A stretch of 64,000 nucleotides of DNA. Origin: an uncultured Microthrixaceae bacterium (GTDB taxonomy: Bacteria; Actinomycetota; Acidimicrobiia; Acidimicrobiales; Microtrichaceae). Below are positions 1 through 9,498 of this stretch, piece after piece. The stretch's first letter is position 1; the number at the start of each line of letters is the position of its first letter. Both the position numbers and the translations under genes were made by a program. The notes beneath the pieces are model-generated. The model saw only the letters and a program-made list of their open reading frames with translations, was not told the DNA's origin and did no database searches. The DNA lies in assembly GCA_963805905.1 (NCBI GenBank), contig CAWDVV010000001.1, positions 3,162,259 to 3,226,258 on the forward strand, read 5' to 3'.

Positions 1-200
1 AACTTGACCCGTTCCAGTAGCGGGGTCGTCGGAGATTCGGCCAGCGCCAGGACACGGGCGTTGAAATCCAGCCACGAGAGTTCCCGGTTGAGGTACAGAT
101 GGCTGGCATCATCCTCAGGTGCGTTGACCGCCAGCTCGGCGTCGCCCGCGACGGAGAGCCTCCCGGGGCTTTGGATGTCCACCGTGTCTGAATTGTTCAC
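1..200 (-). CDS. ppk: polyphosphate kinase 1, N-terminal fragment (gene continues beyond left edge)
   Basis: My own minus-strand translation from GTG at 200 gives [66 protein letters not shown]. The [15 protein letters not shown]...PLLERxKF signature marks the PPK1 N domain. It is absent from the ORF track because there is no stop inside the window. The start could instead be GTG 263. Confidence 0.6.
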   Translation of the reverse strand, partial: MNNSDTVDIQSPGRLSVAGDAELAVNAPEDDASHLYLNRELSWLDFNARVLALAESPTTPLLERVK

Positions 201-283
201 ACGGCCATTGTAGGACCGCTCCGGAACACCCGGACCGAGACTCGGCCGGACGGCAGCGCACACGCTCCTTCCGCGGATCCGGT

Positions 284-586
284 TCAGCCAGATCGATGCG
301 CTGAAGGCGCGTAATCTTCCATACCTGTTTCCCAGATGACCTCGATGCGTTCACCCTCGGCGTCACGATTGACCCGGTCGCGATTGCGCCGGAATTGCGG
401 ATCATGGGGAGGAAGCAACATGAGGCGGGCCATTACACGGCTTCTGAACGCGTCGATCAACTCGGGATCACCGTCGGGCGAGCTGATGTCCCAATGAGGA
501 GCCACCGGGCCCGTGTAGGTGATGTGGGCGGTTGCCACGGGTGGGAGTTCTTCCTCACCCTCGAGTTCTACTGCGTCCTGGGACAT
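284..586 (-). CDS. hypothetical acidic protein (100 aa)
   Basis: ORF track entry with protein-like composition ([28 protein letters not shown]...). No family recognised. Confidence 0.4.
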   Translation of the reverse strand: MSQDAVELEGEEELPPVATAHITYTGPVAPHWDISSPDGDPELIDAFRSRVMARLMLLPPHDPQFRRNRDRVNRDAEGERIEVIWETGMEDYAPSAHRSG

Positions 587-659
587 ACCCCAACGCTATA
601 CGAACCGCCCGCCATGGCCCCACCGCCCATCTCCAGCAGCGGGGACGCTCCATGACGCG

Positions 660-708
660 GTTCTGCGGTGCGTGCGTGGCGCATAGCGCCACGCACGCAC
701 CACAGAAC
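660..708. repeat. 49-bp palindromic element, copy 1 (one arm mismatch)
   Basis: GTTCTGCGGTGCGTGCGTGGCGC-ATA-GCGCCACGCACGCACCACAGAAC. It ends 2 nt from the HtrA stop codon (711-713). Confidence 0.9.
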
Positions 709-710
709 GA

Positions 711-2270
711 TCATTTCGTACCGAGTGTGGCGGTGATCGACTGTTGCTGGCCTTCACGTTCGATGAGGAGCTTGACCTTTTCTCCAGGGTCCAGCGTGCC
801 GATCACCCCTACGAGATCGTCGTTGCTGCGGACGGTCTTGCCATCGATCTCAACGATCACATCACCGGGCTGCAGTCCGGCCACGTCAGCGCCGGAACCC
901 GACTTGACGCTCTGCACGAACGCTCCCGAAGTGGCGTCGATGGAGAAGCGCTGCACGACGTCGTTGTCCAGTTGGGAAACAGGCAGGGTCGACACTCCGA
1001 GCTCCGGACGCTGCTTCTCGACGTGCTTGCCTTCCTTCAGGTCGTTGATGAGATCCTTGATCGAGTCGATCTCGAGAGCGAACCCGATGTTCTGCGCATC
1101 GGCGAGGATCGCCGTGTTCATGCCGACGACCTGACCCTGGGCGTTGATCAACGGACCGCCGGAGTTGCCGGGGTTGATCGCCGCGTCGGTCTGGATCAGC
1201 TCATCGAGGGTGGAGCCATCGGGAGCGGTTATCGATCGACCGGTCTGCGAGACGATGCCCAGGGTGACGCTCGGATCGGCTCCCAGATTGAGGGCGTTTC
1301 CGATGGCGACCACTTCGTCACCCACCAACAGGTCGTCCGAGGAACCGAGTTCGGCGGGTACCGTCTTGCCTTCGAGGCCCTCGGCCTTGACGAGCGCCAC
1401 ATCAGATTCGGGAGCGGACCCGATGACGCGACCCTGCACGGCCTGACCGTCTGCAAAGTCCACCTCGATGCTCTGAGCGCCTTCGATCACGTGTGCGTTC
1501 GTGAGCACCAGGCCGTCCTCGCTCAACACGATGCCCGACCCTGCCGCTTCACCCTGCCGGGTGCCGGTGTGGATCGAAACCACCGACGGCTGCACCTTCT
1601 CGAGCAGCGCACGGATATCGAGCGGCTTCCCGCTCACCTCATTGGAAGGCCGCGAAGCATTGGTCGAGGCCGGCGTCGCCACCACGGTCGAAGGCTCGTC
1701 GCGGATCGTCATCGCGGCGGCGGTGATACCACCGGCAACGATCGCACCGACCAGGCCGCCCACGATCGCTGCACGAACGCCACCACCGCGGCGATGGTCG
1801 CGGCCGGATCCATCCGACGGAGAGGAGGACCCTCCCGTCCCGGGAGGCCCGAGTGGTGGTTGGCCTCCCACCGGTGCACCGACCGCGGTCTGCACCCCGG
1901 CCTGGGTAGCGCCCGCGCCCACGGCGCCTACCGGTGGGCCGGAGGGCATCCATGGACCCTGTTGGCCTGAACCCTGCTGTGCGGGCACCGATCCGGCCGG
2001 GGCGCCGGAAGGACCACCGGGAGCCTGCCACGGACCCGGCTGTGGAGACATGGCCCAATTCGGGACACCACTGCCATCGTTCGCCGGTGCGCTCTGGGGG
2101 TTGGCTGTCGGCGGACGGACCGGCTCAGCGGATGGAGGGGCCGCAGGTATCCGCACCGGGCCCGAGGGCGGCGATGACGGGGGCGCTGGTGGACCCTGTG
2201 ACCCACCGGCAGCGTTGCTGCCCTCGGAAAGACCTCCGCCACCCGATTGGGGATGAGGTGTGTTGGACAT
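711..2270 (-). CDS. HtrA/DegP-family trypsin-like serine protease with C-terminal PDZ domain
   Basis: Catalytic-triad contexts TNAHV, DVALVK and GNSGGPL. PDZ-like tail (GLQPGDVIVEIDGKTV). Pro/Gly-rich N-terminal region followed by a TM helix. Start taken at ATG 2270, preceded by GGAGA; the ORF is open to 2345. Confidence 0.85.
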   Translation of the reverse strand: MSNTPHPQSGGGGLSEGSNAAGGSQGPPAPPSSPPSGPVRIPAAPPSAEPVRPPTANPQSAPANDGSGVPNWAMSPQPGPWQAPGGPSGAPAGSVPAQQGSGQQGPWMPSGPPVGAVGAGATQAGVQTAVGAPVGGQPPLGPPGTGGSSSPSDGSGRDHRRGGGVRAAIVGGLVGAIVAGGITAAAMTIRDEPSTVVATPASTNASRPSNEVSGKPLDIRALLEKVQPSVVSIHTGTRQGEAAGSGIVLSEDGLVLTNAHVIEGAQSIEVDFADGQAVQGRVIGSAPESDVALVKAEGLEGKTVPAELGSSDDLLVGDEVVAIGNALNLGADPSVTLGIVSQTGRSITAPDGSTLDELIQTDAAINPGNSGGPLINAQGQVVGMNTAILADAQNIGFALEIDSIKDLINDLKEGKHVEKQRPELGVSTLPVSQLDNDVVQRFSIDATSGAFVQSVKSGSGADVAGLQPGDVIVEIDGKTVRSNDDLVGVIGTLDPGEKVKLLIEREGQQQSITATLGTK

Positions 2271-2495
2271 GGGTTCGTCTCCGTGCATTCGTCGAGTATG
2301 TATCCGCGACCCGCAAGTCCGGTGGTCACCCCGTAAGGTTCCCACAGAGCGCTCTTAGAATCTCTTTGCTCGCCGGGGCCTTGTACCTATTGACTCACCA
2401 CGAGCGGGCACCTTGCCTGATGTCAGTCTCAGTTCCTGTGACTTTCACCGGACTCCGTGGAACAAATCAGGGCCACCAGGCGTCATATTGAACCT

Positions 2496-2789
2496 ATGGA
2501 GAATTCCGCAGATACCAAATGGATGGCGAAGGGAAATTGCGCCAACAAGCCACCTTCGTTGTTCTTCCCGTCCGATGGCGTCGGTGTGGAGAGGGCCAAG
2601 ACGGTGTGCGAGGACTGTCCAGTGCTCAACCAGTGCCTGGAGTACGCGATCCAGAATCGGATCGATCACGGCGTCTGGGGCGGTACCTCGGAGCGTCAAC
2701 GTCGCCGCATCATCAGGGCTAGGGCAGCAGCTGCCTCCTCGAACGCAGTATCGGTCACAGCCGAGGAATCGGTCCTGGCATCCAATTGA
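2496..2789 (+). CDS. WhiB-family transcriptional regulator
   Basis: Four-Cys cluster pattern C-x(n)-C-x2-C-x5-C (CANKPPSLFFP...VCEDCPVLNQC) followed by GVWGGTSERQRRRI. The start at 2496 is one of two in-frame ATGs. Confidence 0.85.
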   Translation: MENSADTKWMAKGNCANKPPSLFFPSDGVGVERAKTVCEDCPVLNQCLEYAIQNRIDHGVWGGTSERQRRRIIRARAAAASSNAVSVTAEESVLASN

Positions 2790-2795
2790 ACCGAC

Positions 2796-2833
2796 GAACC
2801 TGACTCGGAGTCCAGAACCTGACTCGGAGTCCA
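2796..2833. repeat. exact 19-bp tandem duplication (GAACCTGACTCGGAGTCCA x2)
   Basis: Read directly. Each unit holds the short palindrome GACTC-G-GAGTC. It lies just downstream of the whiB-like stop. Confidence 0.9.
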
Positions 2834-2977
2834 ACGGAGGCCACATGATCTGGTGGCCCTGGGTGCGTCGAGATGACGATCACTCGACACGTGTCCTCCG
2901 GTCGGCGTGGCCAGATCGATGAGAGCCAGATCGATCAGACCTGCGTGCATCCGGCGCTGCTGCATCACCCCTATGAG

Positions 2978-2999
2978 CACTTGAGGTGCACTTGAGGTG
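2978..2999. repeat. exact 11-bp tandem duplication (CACTTGAGGTG x2)
   Basis: Read directly. It shares this intergenic region with the 19-bp duplication and a 15-bp near-duplication at 2911-2940. Confidence 0.9.
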
Positions 3000-3073
3000 C
3001 GTGCGAACAGACGTCCTGCCGATCGGAGTTCACACGCGAGAACTACGCGGGTGAATCCCTCGAATTCTGTTGC

Positions 3074-3265
3074 CTATGCCTTGTCGGTCTTGTCGGACTC
3101 GATCTCGGCAGGCTCGTCGTCGCTTTCGCCCTTGCCTTCGGAGAGGCCCCGCTTGAACTCACTCTGAGCTTGTCCCAGGTTCTTTGCGAGTTTCGGGATC
3201 TGTGATCCACCAAAGAGCACCAAAGCCACGATGACGACGATGAGCCATTCATTGCCACTGAACAT
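3074..3265 (-). CDS. tatA: twin-arginine translocase subunit TatA/E
   Basis: MFSGNEWLIVVIVALVLFGGSQIPKLAKNLGQAQSEFKRGL... has a TatA-type N-terminal TM helix, an amphipathic helix and an acidic tail. Start is ATG 3265 inside the longer ORF 3074..3478. Confidence 0.85.
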   Translation of the reverse strand: MFSGNEWLIVVIVALVLFGGSQIPKLAKNLGQAQSEFKRGLSEGKGESDDEPAEIESDKTDKA

Positions 3266-3328
3266 GTCTGCAGCGTACCCGAGGTGGGTACCTGTTCGAC
3301 GCGCGCGCCATTGGTTAGCGTCCTCGGC

Positions 3329-4109
3329 GTGGACAACTCCGGCCGGCTCAGCCCGAGCGAGGCGCGTGACCGTGGTCGCGCGGCCCGTCGGGCGATCGGC
3401 CGACAAGCACGGTCTGTTGCGTCGGATGCGATCAGCGCGCCACCTCCTGGAGCTCCCGGCTGTGTCCGGTGCCCGCACCGTGGCGGGCTACTGGCCCATC
3501 AAGGCGGAGGTGGACCTGATCGCCGTGTGGCACGAACTGCATGCGGGAGGAACAGCGGTGTGCCTACCAAGGCTCCAACCGGGAACCTCCGCGTCGATGG
3601 AGTTCGTACCCTGGGAGCCGACGGTACCGATGGCTGAGAACCGCTTCGCCATTCCCGAGCCACCGGGCCCGGCATCCCCGATGGAAGCCCTCGACGTGGT
3701 GGTGATGCCATGCACTGCGGTTGACGATTCGGGGACCCGCGTGGGCATGGGAGCAGGATTCTACGACCGAGCCCTTGGCTCGTTCACCGAAACCACGCCG
3801 CCCGGGGGAGCCGCCGGCCTCGCGCCTCACAGCGATTCCAGCACAACGAGCGATCCCACAGAGCTGATTGCGTCGGGGTCCCTGCGACCCACGCTGGTGT
3901 GTGTCGCCTTCGAATCACAGCTGGTGCATTCGCCGGGGTCGATTGAGCGTCGGTCCTGGGACGTGCCCGCAGACATCGTCGTGACCGAGTCACGCGTCCT
4001 CACCACGGACGCGATCGAACCCCGCGTGCGTGAACCCACCACAGCTGAATACCGCGTCAACGACGAAGCGGAACCCGAGCCAGACGGGAATCGACAGCGA
4101 AAGAGCTGA
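3329..4109 (+). CDS. 5-formyltetrahydrofolate cyclo-ligase (apparent frameshift near 3437-3445)
   Basis: The C-terminal part (ORF 3231..4109) has YWPIKAEVDL, NRFAIPEP and GMGAGFYDR motifs. The family-typical N-terminus (SEARDRGRAARRAIGRQARSVASDAISA) is in the frame of ORF 3284..3637, starting at GTG 3329. The two frames join at DAISA|HLLELPAVSGARTVAGYWP. Confidence 0.7.
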
Positions 4110-4115
4110 GCGAGC

Positions 4116-4520
4116 TCAGGCAGTGCGAGTTTCGGCTGCGGCCGCACGGGCCAATGCCCGGGCACGACGCAGACGACGACGCTCCCGTTCGCTGAGGCCA
4201 CCCCAGATACCGAACTTCTCACTGTTCTCGAGGGCGTACTCAAGGCAGTCTTCGCGCACCACGCACGCCTGGCACACGGACTTGGCTTCCTTGGTGGAAG
4301 CACCGCGCTCCGGGAAGAAGAGGTCGGGATCGACCCCGAGGCAGTTGGCGAAGTTCTGCCAGTCCTCGGCAGGCGGGTCGCCCTGGAAACCGACCGGTGT
4401 CTCAGCCGCATATGCGGCATTCGACGGACCGCTCGGTTGCTGAATGGTGGTTTGGATGCTCTGGCTCACTTGGTCCTCCCCCGCCCTCGGCTCGGGGGCT
4501 TTCCCCCACCCCGTGGTCAA
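4116..4520 (-). CDS. WhiB-family transcriptional regulator (long N-terminal extension)
   Basis: CLGVDPDLFFPERG...VCQACVVREDC...GIWGGLSERERRRLRRA. Confidence 0.85.
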   Translation of the reverse strand: MTTGWGKAPEPRAGEDQVSQSIQTTIQQPSGPSNAAYAAETPVGFQGDPPAEDWQNFANCLGVDPDLFFPERGASTKEAKSVCQACVVREDCLEYALENSEKFGIWGGLSERERRRLRRARALARAAAAETRTA

Positions 4521-4727
4521 GGTGCGTGCGGTGGTGGCGACCCTCCATCACCTGCCATTCCTGGCGGGTGTTGACCCACACTCGGAATGCGGACGATGCG
4601 GGGATCACCATTGTCGGGTGCCACCGGTGTAGTTACATCGGTGTGATTCGACATACTTACGCTTCGAGGCAGCAGAGTCAAGAAAAACTGCACCTACGAG
4701 GGCAGTGCGACCCGGCGACGAACGCGC

Positions 4728-6731
4728 TCAGCGCCGGCCCTCGAGCAGCTTGCGTCGTTGGTCCAGGAAGTCCACCAATACGTAGTCGCCCAGGGTTTCC
4801 GGAGACGTGAAGAACGCCCTCCCCCGATTCAGGGATGTGAGGTTCTCCACGAAGCGCGACAACCCGGGGTCCGGGTCCAGCATGAACGTGTTGATCCTTA
4901 TGTCATCCTTGGTGCATCTCGACACCTCGAGCAACGTTGCATCAACGGTCTCGCGCACCGGTGGGTAGTGGAACTCGGGCTCACCCCAACGGTTGATGTG
5001 TGCGGTCGGTTCGCCATCGGTGATCATGATGATCTGCTTGGTTCCCGACTCACGGGCGAGCATCCGGCGCGCCAGTTGGAACCCGTGCTGCATGTTGGTG
5101 CCGTAGACGAAGTCCCAGCTCACCTCGGGCAACTGTTCCGCGGTGAGCACCCGACCGACCTCGGAGAACCCCACCAGGCCCAGGAAGTCCCGCGGATACT
5201 GCATCGAGATGAGGCTGTGCAACGCCATGGCCACCTTCTTGGCAGGCAGGAAGTTGTCACGCATCGGCATCGACAACGAAAGGTCGAGCATCAGCACCGT
5301 CGAGACGCGCACAGTTCGTTCTGTCTGTTCGATCTCGAAGTCCTCCGGCGAGAGATTCACGGGAGTTCCCTCGCCACGCATGACCGCGTTGCGGATCGTG
5401 CGATTGATGTCGAGGTTGAACGGATCACCGTACTCATAGGGCTTGGTGACATACGCCCGCTCGTGACCGACTCCGAGGTCGTCGCGCCGATGGCCGCCCA
5501 GGCGGTCGGCATCGATGTTGCCGAAGAGTTCCGCGAGCGCGTTCCGACCGAGGCGGCGCAAACCCGCCGGCGTGAGCTCGAGACGACCTTCCTTCTGTTC
5601 GACCAGGCCGGCTTCGGTGAGCATCTTGGTGATCTCGGCCATCCGCTCGAGACTGTCTGCGGGTTCATCGCCAACGAGCTCGCGGACCCGATCGAGATCT
5701 ATCTCGTTCAACGCACCTGGTTGGGGGGATCCGCGCAGCATCGCTTCGAGCTGGTCCAGATCGCCCAGATCACCCATCGCCTCCATCGCACCCGCCATGT
5801 CGAGCGGATCGGCCCCCTCGAAGGAGTAGGAGTTGTCCCACCCGGCATCGGGGAAGGTGTCACGCAGGTTGTTGCTCAACTGCTCCACCTGCCAACGGAG
5901 GTCCATGTCCTCGAGAAGCTGGTCGCTCAGGGCCTGCAGCTGGGCGCGCTGTTCGGGCGTCATCGAGTTGAGCATCGCCTGCGCAGCCGCCATGCGCTGC
6001 GCCATGATCTCCAACAGTTCATCGAGGGTCTGGGGATTCTCCGGGAAGAAGTCCCCGTAGGCGTCCATGAAGGCGTCGAAATCGGGGTCCTCGCCGGCGG
6101 CACGCTGTTCCAGCATGGCGTTGAGTGCCGCCATCATGTCCTTCATCCGGGACATGTCCTCGGACGACAGGTTCTCGACCGCTCCCGAGAGCTGGTCGAC
6201 GTACTGGTTCATCAGCTGCTCACGTAGCTTCTCGGTGAGTTCGGCGAAGCGCTGCTCGGCCTCGGGCGACAGGAAGTCGTGGGCCTCGAGGTCCTTCACC
6301 TTGCCCGCCAGGTCGTCACGGAGCATGTCGAGTTCCAGGTGGCGAGCATCCGCCGCCTGCTGGGCCAGTTCACCACGGCGCTCATCGCCCGAAGCCAGGT
6401 CGTCGCGGCGCTGCTGGTCTATGGCATCACGCTCTGACTGGACCACCTCCTTGAGTTCCTCGGCGATCTCGTCGTAGACACCTCCGAGATCGAAGCGTTC
6501 GAGTGTGTCCTCGCGTTTCGCCCGCAGTTGTTCGAGGATCTCACGCATCCCCTGGATGCGTTCGCCGTTGCGGTCCTCGAAGCCCTGTTGCATCATCCGG
6601 CGCAGCGCCGCGTTCACGTCGCCGTGGTACATCAGGTCGTCGGTCAGCTCCGAGAGCACATCGAGGGCGTCAAGTTCGAAGCCCTTCTGCGTGCCGTCCC
6701 AAGGGGAGTAGCGGAACCGCGGCCGTGTCAT
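4728..6731 (-). CDS. von Willebrand factor type A (VWA) domain protein with long acidic coiled-coil N-terminal region
   Basis: C-terminal MIDAS-like context VLMLDLSLSM ... IIMITDGEPTAH. It sits immediately downstream of the AAA+ ATPase on the same strand. Confidence 0.8.
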   Translation of the reverse strand: MTRPRFRYSPWDGTQKGFELDALDVLSELTDDLMYHGDVNAALRRMMQQGFEDRNGERIQGMREILEQLRAKREDTLERFDLGGVYDEIAEELKEVVQSERDAIDQQRRDDLASGDERRGELAQQAADARHLELDMLRDDLAGKVKDLEAHDFLSPEAEQRFAELTEKLREQLMNQYVDQLSGAVENLSSEDMSRMKDMMAALNAMLEQRAAGEDPDFDAFMDAYGDFFPENPQTLDELLEIMAQRMAAAQAMLNSMTPEQRAQLQALSDQLLEDMDLRWQVEQLSNNLRDTFPDAGWDNSYSFEGADPLDMAGAMEAMGDLGDLDQLEAMLRGSPQPGALNEIDLDRVRELVGDEPADSLERMAEITKMLTEAGLVEQKEGRLELTPAGLRRLGRNALAELFGNIDADRLGGHRRDDLGVGHERAYVTKPYEYGDPFNLDINRTIRNAVMRGEGTPVNLSPEDFEIEQTERTVRVSTVLMLDLSLSMPMRDNFLPAKKVAMALHSLISMQYPRDFLGLVGFSEVGRVLTAEQLPEVSWDFVYGTNMQHGFQLARRMLARESGTKQIIMITDGEPTAHINRWGEPEFHYPPVRETVDATLLEVSRCTKDDIRINTFMLDPDPGLSRFVENLTSLNRGRAFFTSPETLGDYVLVDFLDQRRKLLEGRR

Positions 6732-6811
6732 GGCCTGAGGCTACCGGCGCCCCGTCCCCCCTGCCGGTCGGCTCGGTCCGCAATCCCCATCCACCAACGT
6801 GGGAAATGGGC

Positions 6812-8212
6812 TCAGCGGGAGCGGTACTGGGCCCGGCCGCCCACGGCATCCTTGTTGAGACGCTTGGAGAGGTGCAGCCCTTCGAGCACGAGTTCGACCG
6901 CGGAAGCGACCTCGCCGGGAGTCGGTTCGGGCCCGACGAGTTCCGCCACGGGTGCGCGGAGTGAGGGGAGTGACTCGATCAGGCCCATGTAGTCGGCGGA
7001 AGCGATGTCCTCGCCGGTCTCCACCGGATCCGACCCAGTGAGTTCGTCCACCACGGCCGTGAGCTGCTGGGGACTCACCCGATCGCGGAACACCTCGAGG
7101 ATCGCCGAACGGATCAGGTGATCGAGGATCTGACCGTCACGACCCTCTTCGAGGGACTCGATCTCCACCTTGCCGGCGGTGGAAGCCGGTAGTGCCTCCA
7201 GGTCGCAGATGCGTGGCACGACTTCGTCGTCGCCGGCCAGCAACGAACGACGCGCAGCGTTCGCGACCATCACTTCGTAGTTGCTCACCGACAGGCGAAC
7301 CGACACGCCGGAGCGCTGCGAGATGTGGGCGCTCTCGCGTGCCAGCTGGGACAACATCGCCACGACCTCGGTCATGTGATCCGGCACACGGACCGTGACA
7401 CCCTCGGCCTCGAACGGCTGGGCCTCCTGGTGGACGATGGCGACCTCGGTCTCGACGTCGAGGGGATAGTGGGTTCGCACCTGGGAACCGAATCGATCCT
7501 TGAGCGGAGTGATCAACCGACCGCGGTTGGTGTAGTCCTCGGGGTTCGCCGACGCGACCAGCATCACGTCGAGGGGGAGGCGCACCTTGTACCCGCGGAT
7601 CTGCACATCGCGCTCCTCGAGCACGTTCAGCAGACCGACCTGGATGCGCTCGGCCAGGTCCGGCAACTCGTTGATGGCGAAGATCCCACGGTTGGTCCGC
7701 GGAACCAGTCCGTAGTGGAGCGTCAGTTCGTCGGAGAGGTAGCGGCCCTCGGCCACCTTGATCGGGTCGACCTCACCGATGAGGTCCGCTATCGAGGTGT
7801 CGGGTGTGGCCAGCTTCTCCCCGAACCGTTGGGAGCGGTGCACCCAGTGGATCGCAGTGTCGTTACCCAACTCCTCGACCAGATCACGGGCGTAGGCGGA
7901 CACGGGGGCATATGGATCGTCGTTGATCTCCGAGCCCTCGACGATCGGCATCCATTCATCGAGCAGATCCACGAGAGCCCGGATCATGCGGGTCTTGGCC
8001 TGGCCCCGCTCTCCCAGGAAGATCACATCGTGGCCCGCCAACAGGGCGTTCTCGAGCTGGGGAAAGACCGTGTCCTCGTACCCGAGTACCTCGGGGAAGA
8101 GTCGCTCCCCGGCACGGATCCGGTTGGCAGCATTGCGACGGATCTCGGTCTTGACCGGAACCGAGTTCCAACCGGATGCTCGCAGGTCCCCAAGTGTGGC
8201 TGGTTTCGACAT
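6812..8212 (-). CDS. AAA+ ATPase, Mg-chelatase ChlI/BchI-like
   Basis: Walker A-like GERGQAKT and Walker B-like GIFAINELPDL. Overall ChlI-like layout with a C-terminal extension. Confidence 0.8.
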   Translation of the reverse strand: MSKPATLGDLRASGWNSVPVKTEIRRNAANRIRAGERLFPEVLGYEDTVFPQLENALLAGHDVIFLGERGQAKTRMIRALVDLLDEWMPIVEGSEINDDPYAPVSAYARDLVEELGNDTAIHWVHRSQRFGEKLATPDTSIADLIGEVDPIKVAEGRYLSDELTLHYGLVPRTNRGIFAINELPDLAERIQVGLLNVLEERDVQIRGYKVRLPLDVMLVASANPEDYTNRGRLITPLKDRFGSQVRTHYPLDVETEVAIVHQEAQPFEAEGVTVRVPDHMTEVVAMLSQLARESAHISQRSGVSVRLSVSNYEVMVANAARRSLLAGDDEVVPRICDLEALPASTAGKVEIESLEEGRDGQILDHLIRSAILEVFRDRVSPQQLTAVVDELTGSDPVETGEDIASADYMGLIESLPSLRAPVAELVGPEPTPGEVASAVELVLEGLHLSKRLNKDAVGGRAQYRSR

Positions 8213-8285
8213 GGGCTGACCCTACCCAAGCAGCGAGAGCAGCGAACCGCGGGAATCCATCACTTCGGGCGGTAGCTTTGGCACC

Positions 8286-8954
8286 GTGACAATCAGGGTT
8301 GTGATCGCCGACGATTCCCTGCTGGTGCGAGAGGGGATAGTCAAGCTCCTCGAAACCGCCGATGACCTGGCTGTGACTGCCAGTTGCGTCGATCTCGCGG
8401 GTCTCCTGGAGGCCGTTCACGCAGACCCCCCGGACGTGGTCCTGACCGACATCCGCATGCCGCCGACCGGGACCGATGAGGGCATCCGGGCCGCTGCGGA
8501 GCTGCGTCGGACGCACCCCACACTGGGGGTCCTCGTCCTCTCGCAGTACGCCGAGCCCGGCTACGTCCTCGAATTGCTGGACGGTGGTTCGGAGCACAGG
8601 GGGTATCTCCTCAAGGAACGTCTGGCAGACGGTTCGGAATTGATCTCCGCCCTGAGGGAGGTGGCGGCGGGTGGATCCGTGGTGGATCCCAAGGTGGTGG
8701 AGTCTCTCGTGACTGCACGCCGCCGGAACGAGGCCGGCCCTCTGGATCGTCTGACCCCGCGCGAGTCCGAGGTCCTGGCCGAGATCGCCAAGGGTAGGAA
8801 CAATGCTTCGATCGCATCGACGCTGGTTCTCTCGCAACGGGCGGTGGAGAAGCACATCAACTCACTTTTCTCCAAGCTCGACCTCACGGAGGATCCTGAA
8901 AGCCACCGGCGGGTAAAGGCGGTCCTGCTCTACCTATCCCGGGAGGGGGGATAG
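8286..8954 (+). CDS. NarL/LuxR-family two-component response regulator
   Basis: Receiver domain (VVIADD...VLTDIRMPP) plus C-terminal LuxR HTH (LTPRESEVLAEIAKGRNNASIASTLVLSQRAVEKHINSLFSKL). Confidence 0.9.
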   Translation: MTIRVVIADDSLLVREGIVKLLETADDLAVTASCVDLAGLLEAVHADPPDVVLTDIRMPPTGTDEGIRAAAELRRTHPTLGVLVLSQYAEPGYVLELLDGGSEHRGYLLKERLADGSELISALREVAAGGSVVDPKVVESLVTARRRNEAGPLDRLTPRESEVLAEIAKGRNNASIASTLVLSQRAVEKHINSLFSKLDLTEDPESHRRVKAVLLYLSREGG

Positions 8955-9018
8955 CACCCCGGCACTACGGGGGTGCGCATCCTCGACACGCTCACCCTCA
9001 CAGGGCCAAGCTGGAAGT

Positions 9019-9429
9019 GTGATCACAGAGGAGGCCGTCATCGAAGAGCAGACGACGGTGCAGGTGTTGATTGTGGACGATCAACCGCCGTTCCGGGCAG
9101 TAGCGCGCACCGTCGTGAAGCTGGCTCGCGGTTTCGAGGTCCTGATCGAGGCCGAGACCGGCGAACAAGCAGTCGACCGGGCGGCGTCACACCACCCGGA
9201 TCTGGTTCTCATGGACATCAACCTCCCGGGGATCAACGGGATCGAAGCGACCCGTCGGATCGTGGCGGAGCATCCCGACACGTTGGTGGTGCTCCTGTCC
9301 ACCTACGACGCGGACTCGCTTCCCGCAGACGCTCTCGATTGTGGGGCAGCCCGGTATGTGCACAAGGAGGACTTCAGCCCTGCGTTGTTGAGCGAGGTCT
9401 GGGCCGAGCGATCCGGCCCGCAGGATTGA
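9019..9429 (+). CDS. single-domain response regulator (receiver only)
   Basis: VLIVDDQPPF...DLVLMDINLPGINGIEATRRI...LLSTY, with no output domain. Confidence 0.8.
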   Translation: MITEEAVIEEQTTVQVLIVDDQPPFRAVARTVVKLARGFEVLIEAETGEQAVDRAASHHPDLVLMDINLPGINGIEATRRIVAEHPDTLVVLLSTYDADSLPADALDCGAARYVHKEDFSPALLSEVWAERSGPQD

Positions 9430-9498
9430 GGCAGTTCCGCAGCGGGCCAGTTCAGCAATGCGCTCCCGTTCGACAAGCCCTCAGGTTCGACAGTGCCC

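Noticed and set aside
744-1970. Long antisense ORFs opposite well-supported genes. This one lies opposite HtrA. Others are 4758..6227, 7325..8275, 11198..12394, 13625..14662, 22728..23564, 24079..25068, 26169..27161, 30385..31182, 31266..32276, 35339..36550 and 41894..43285.
   Set aside because: These are typical high-GC shadow ORFs. They are Arg/Gly/His/Pro-rich with no motifs, and each overlaps a gene with strong family signatures on the other strand.
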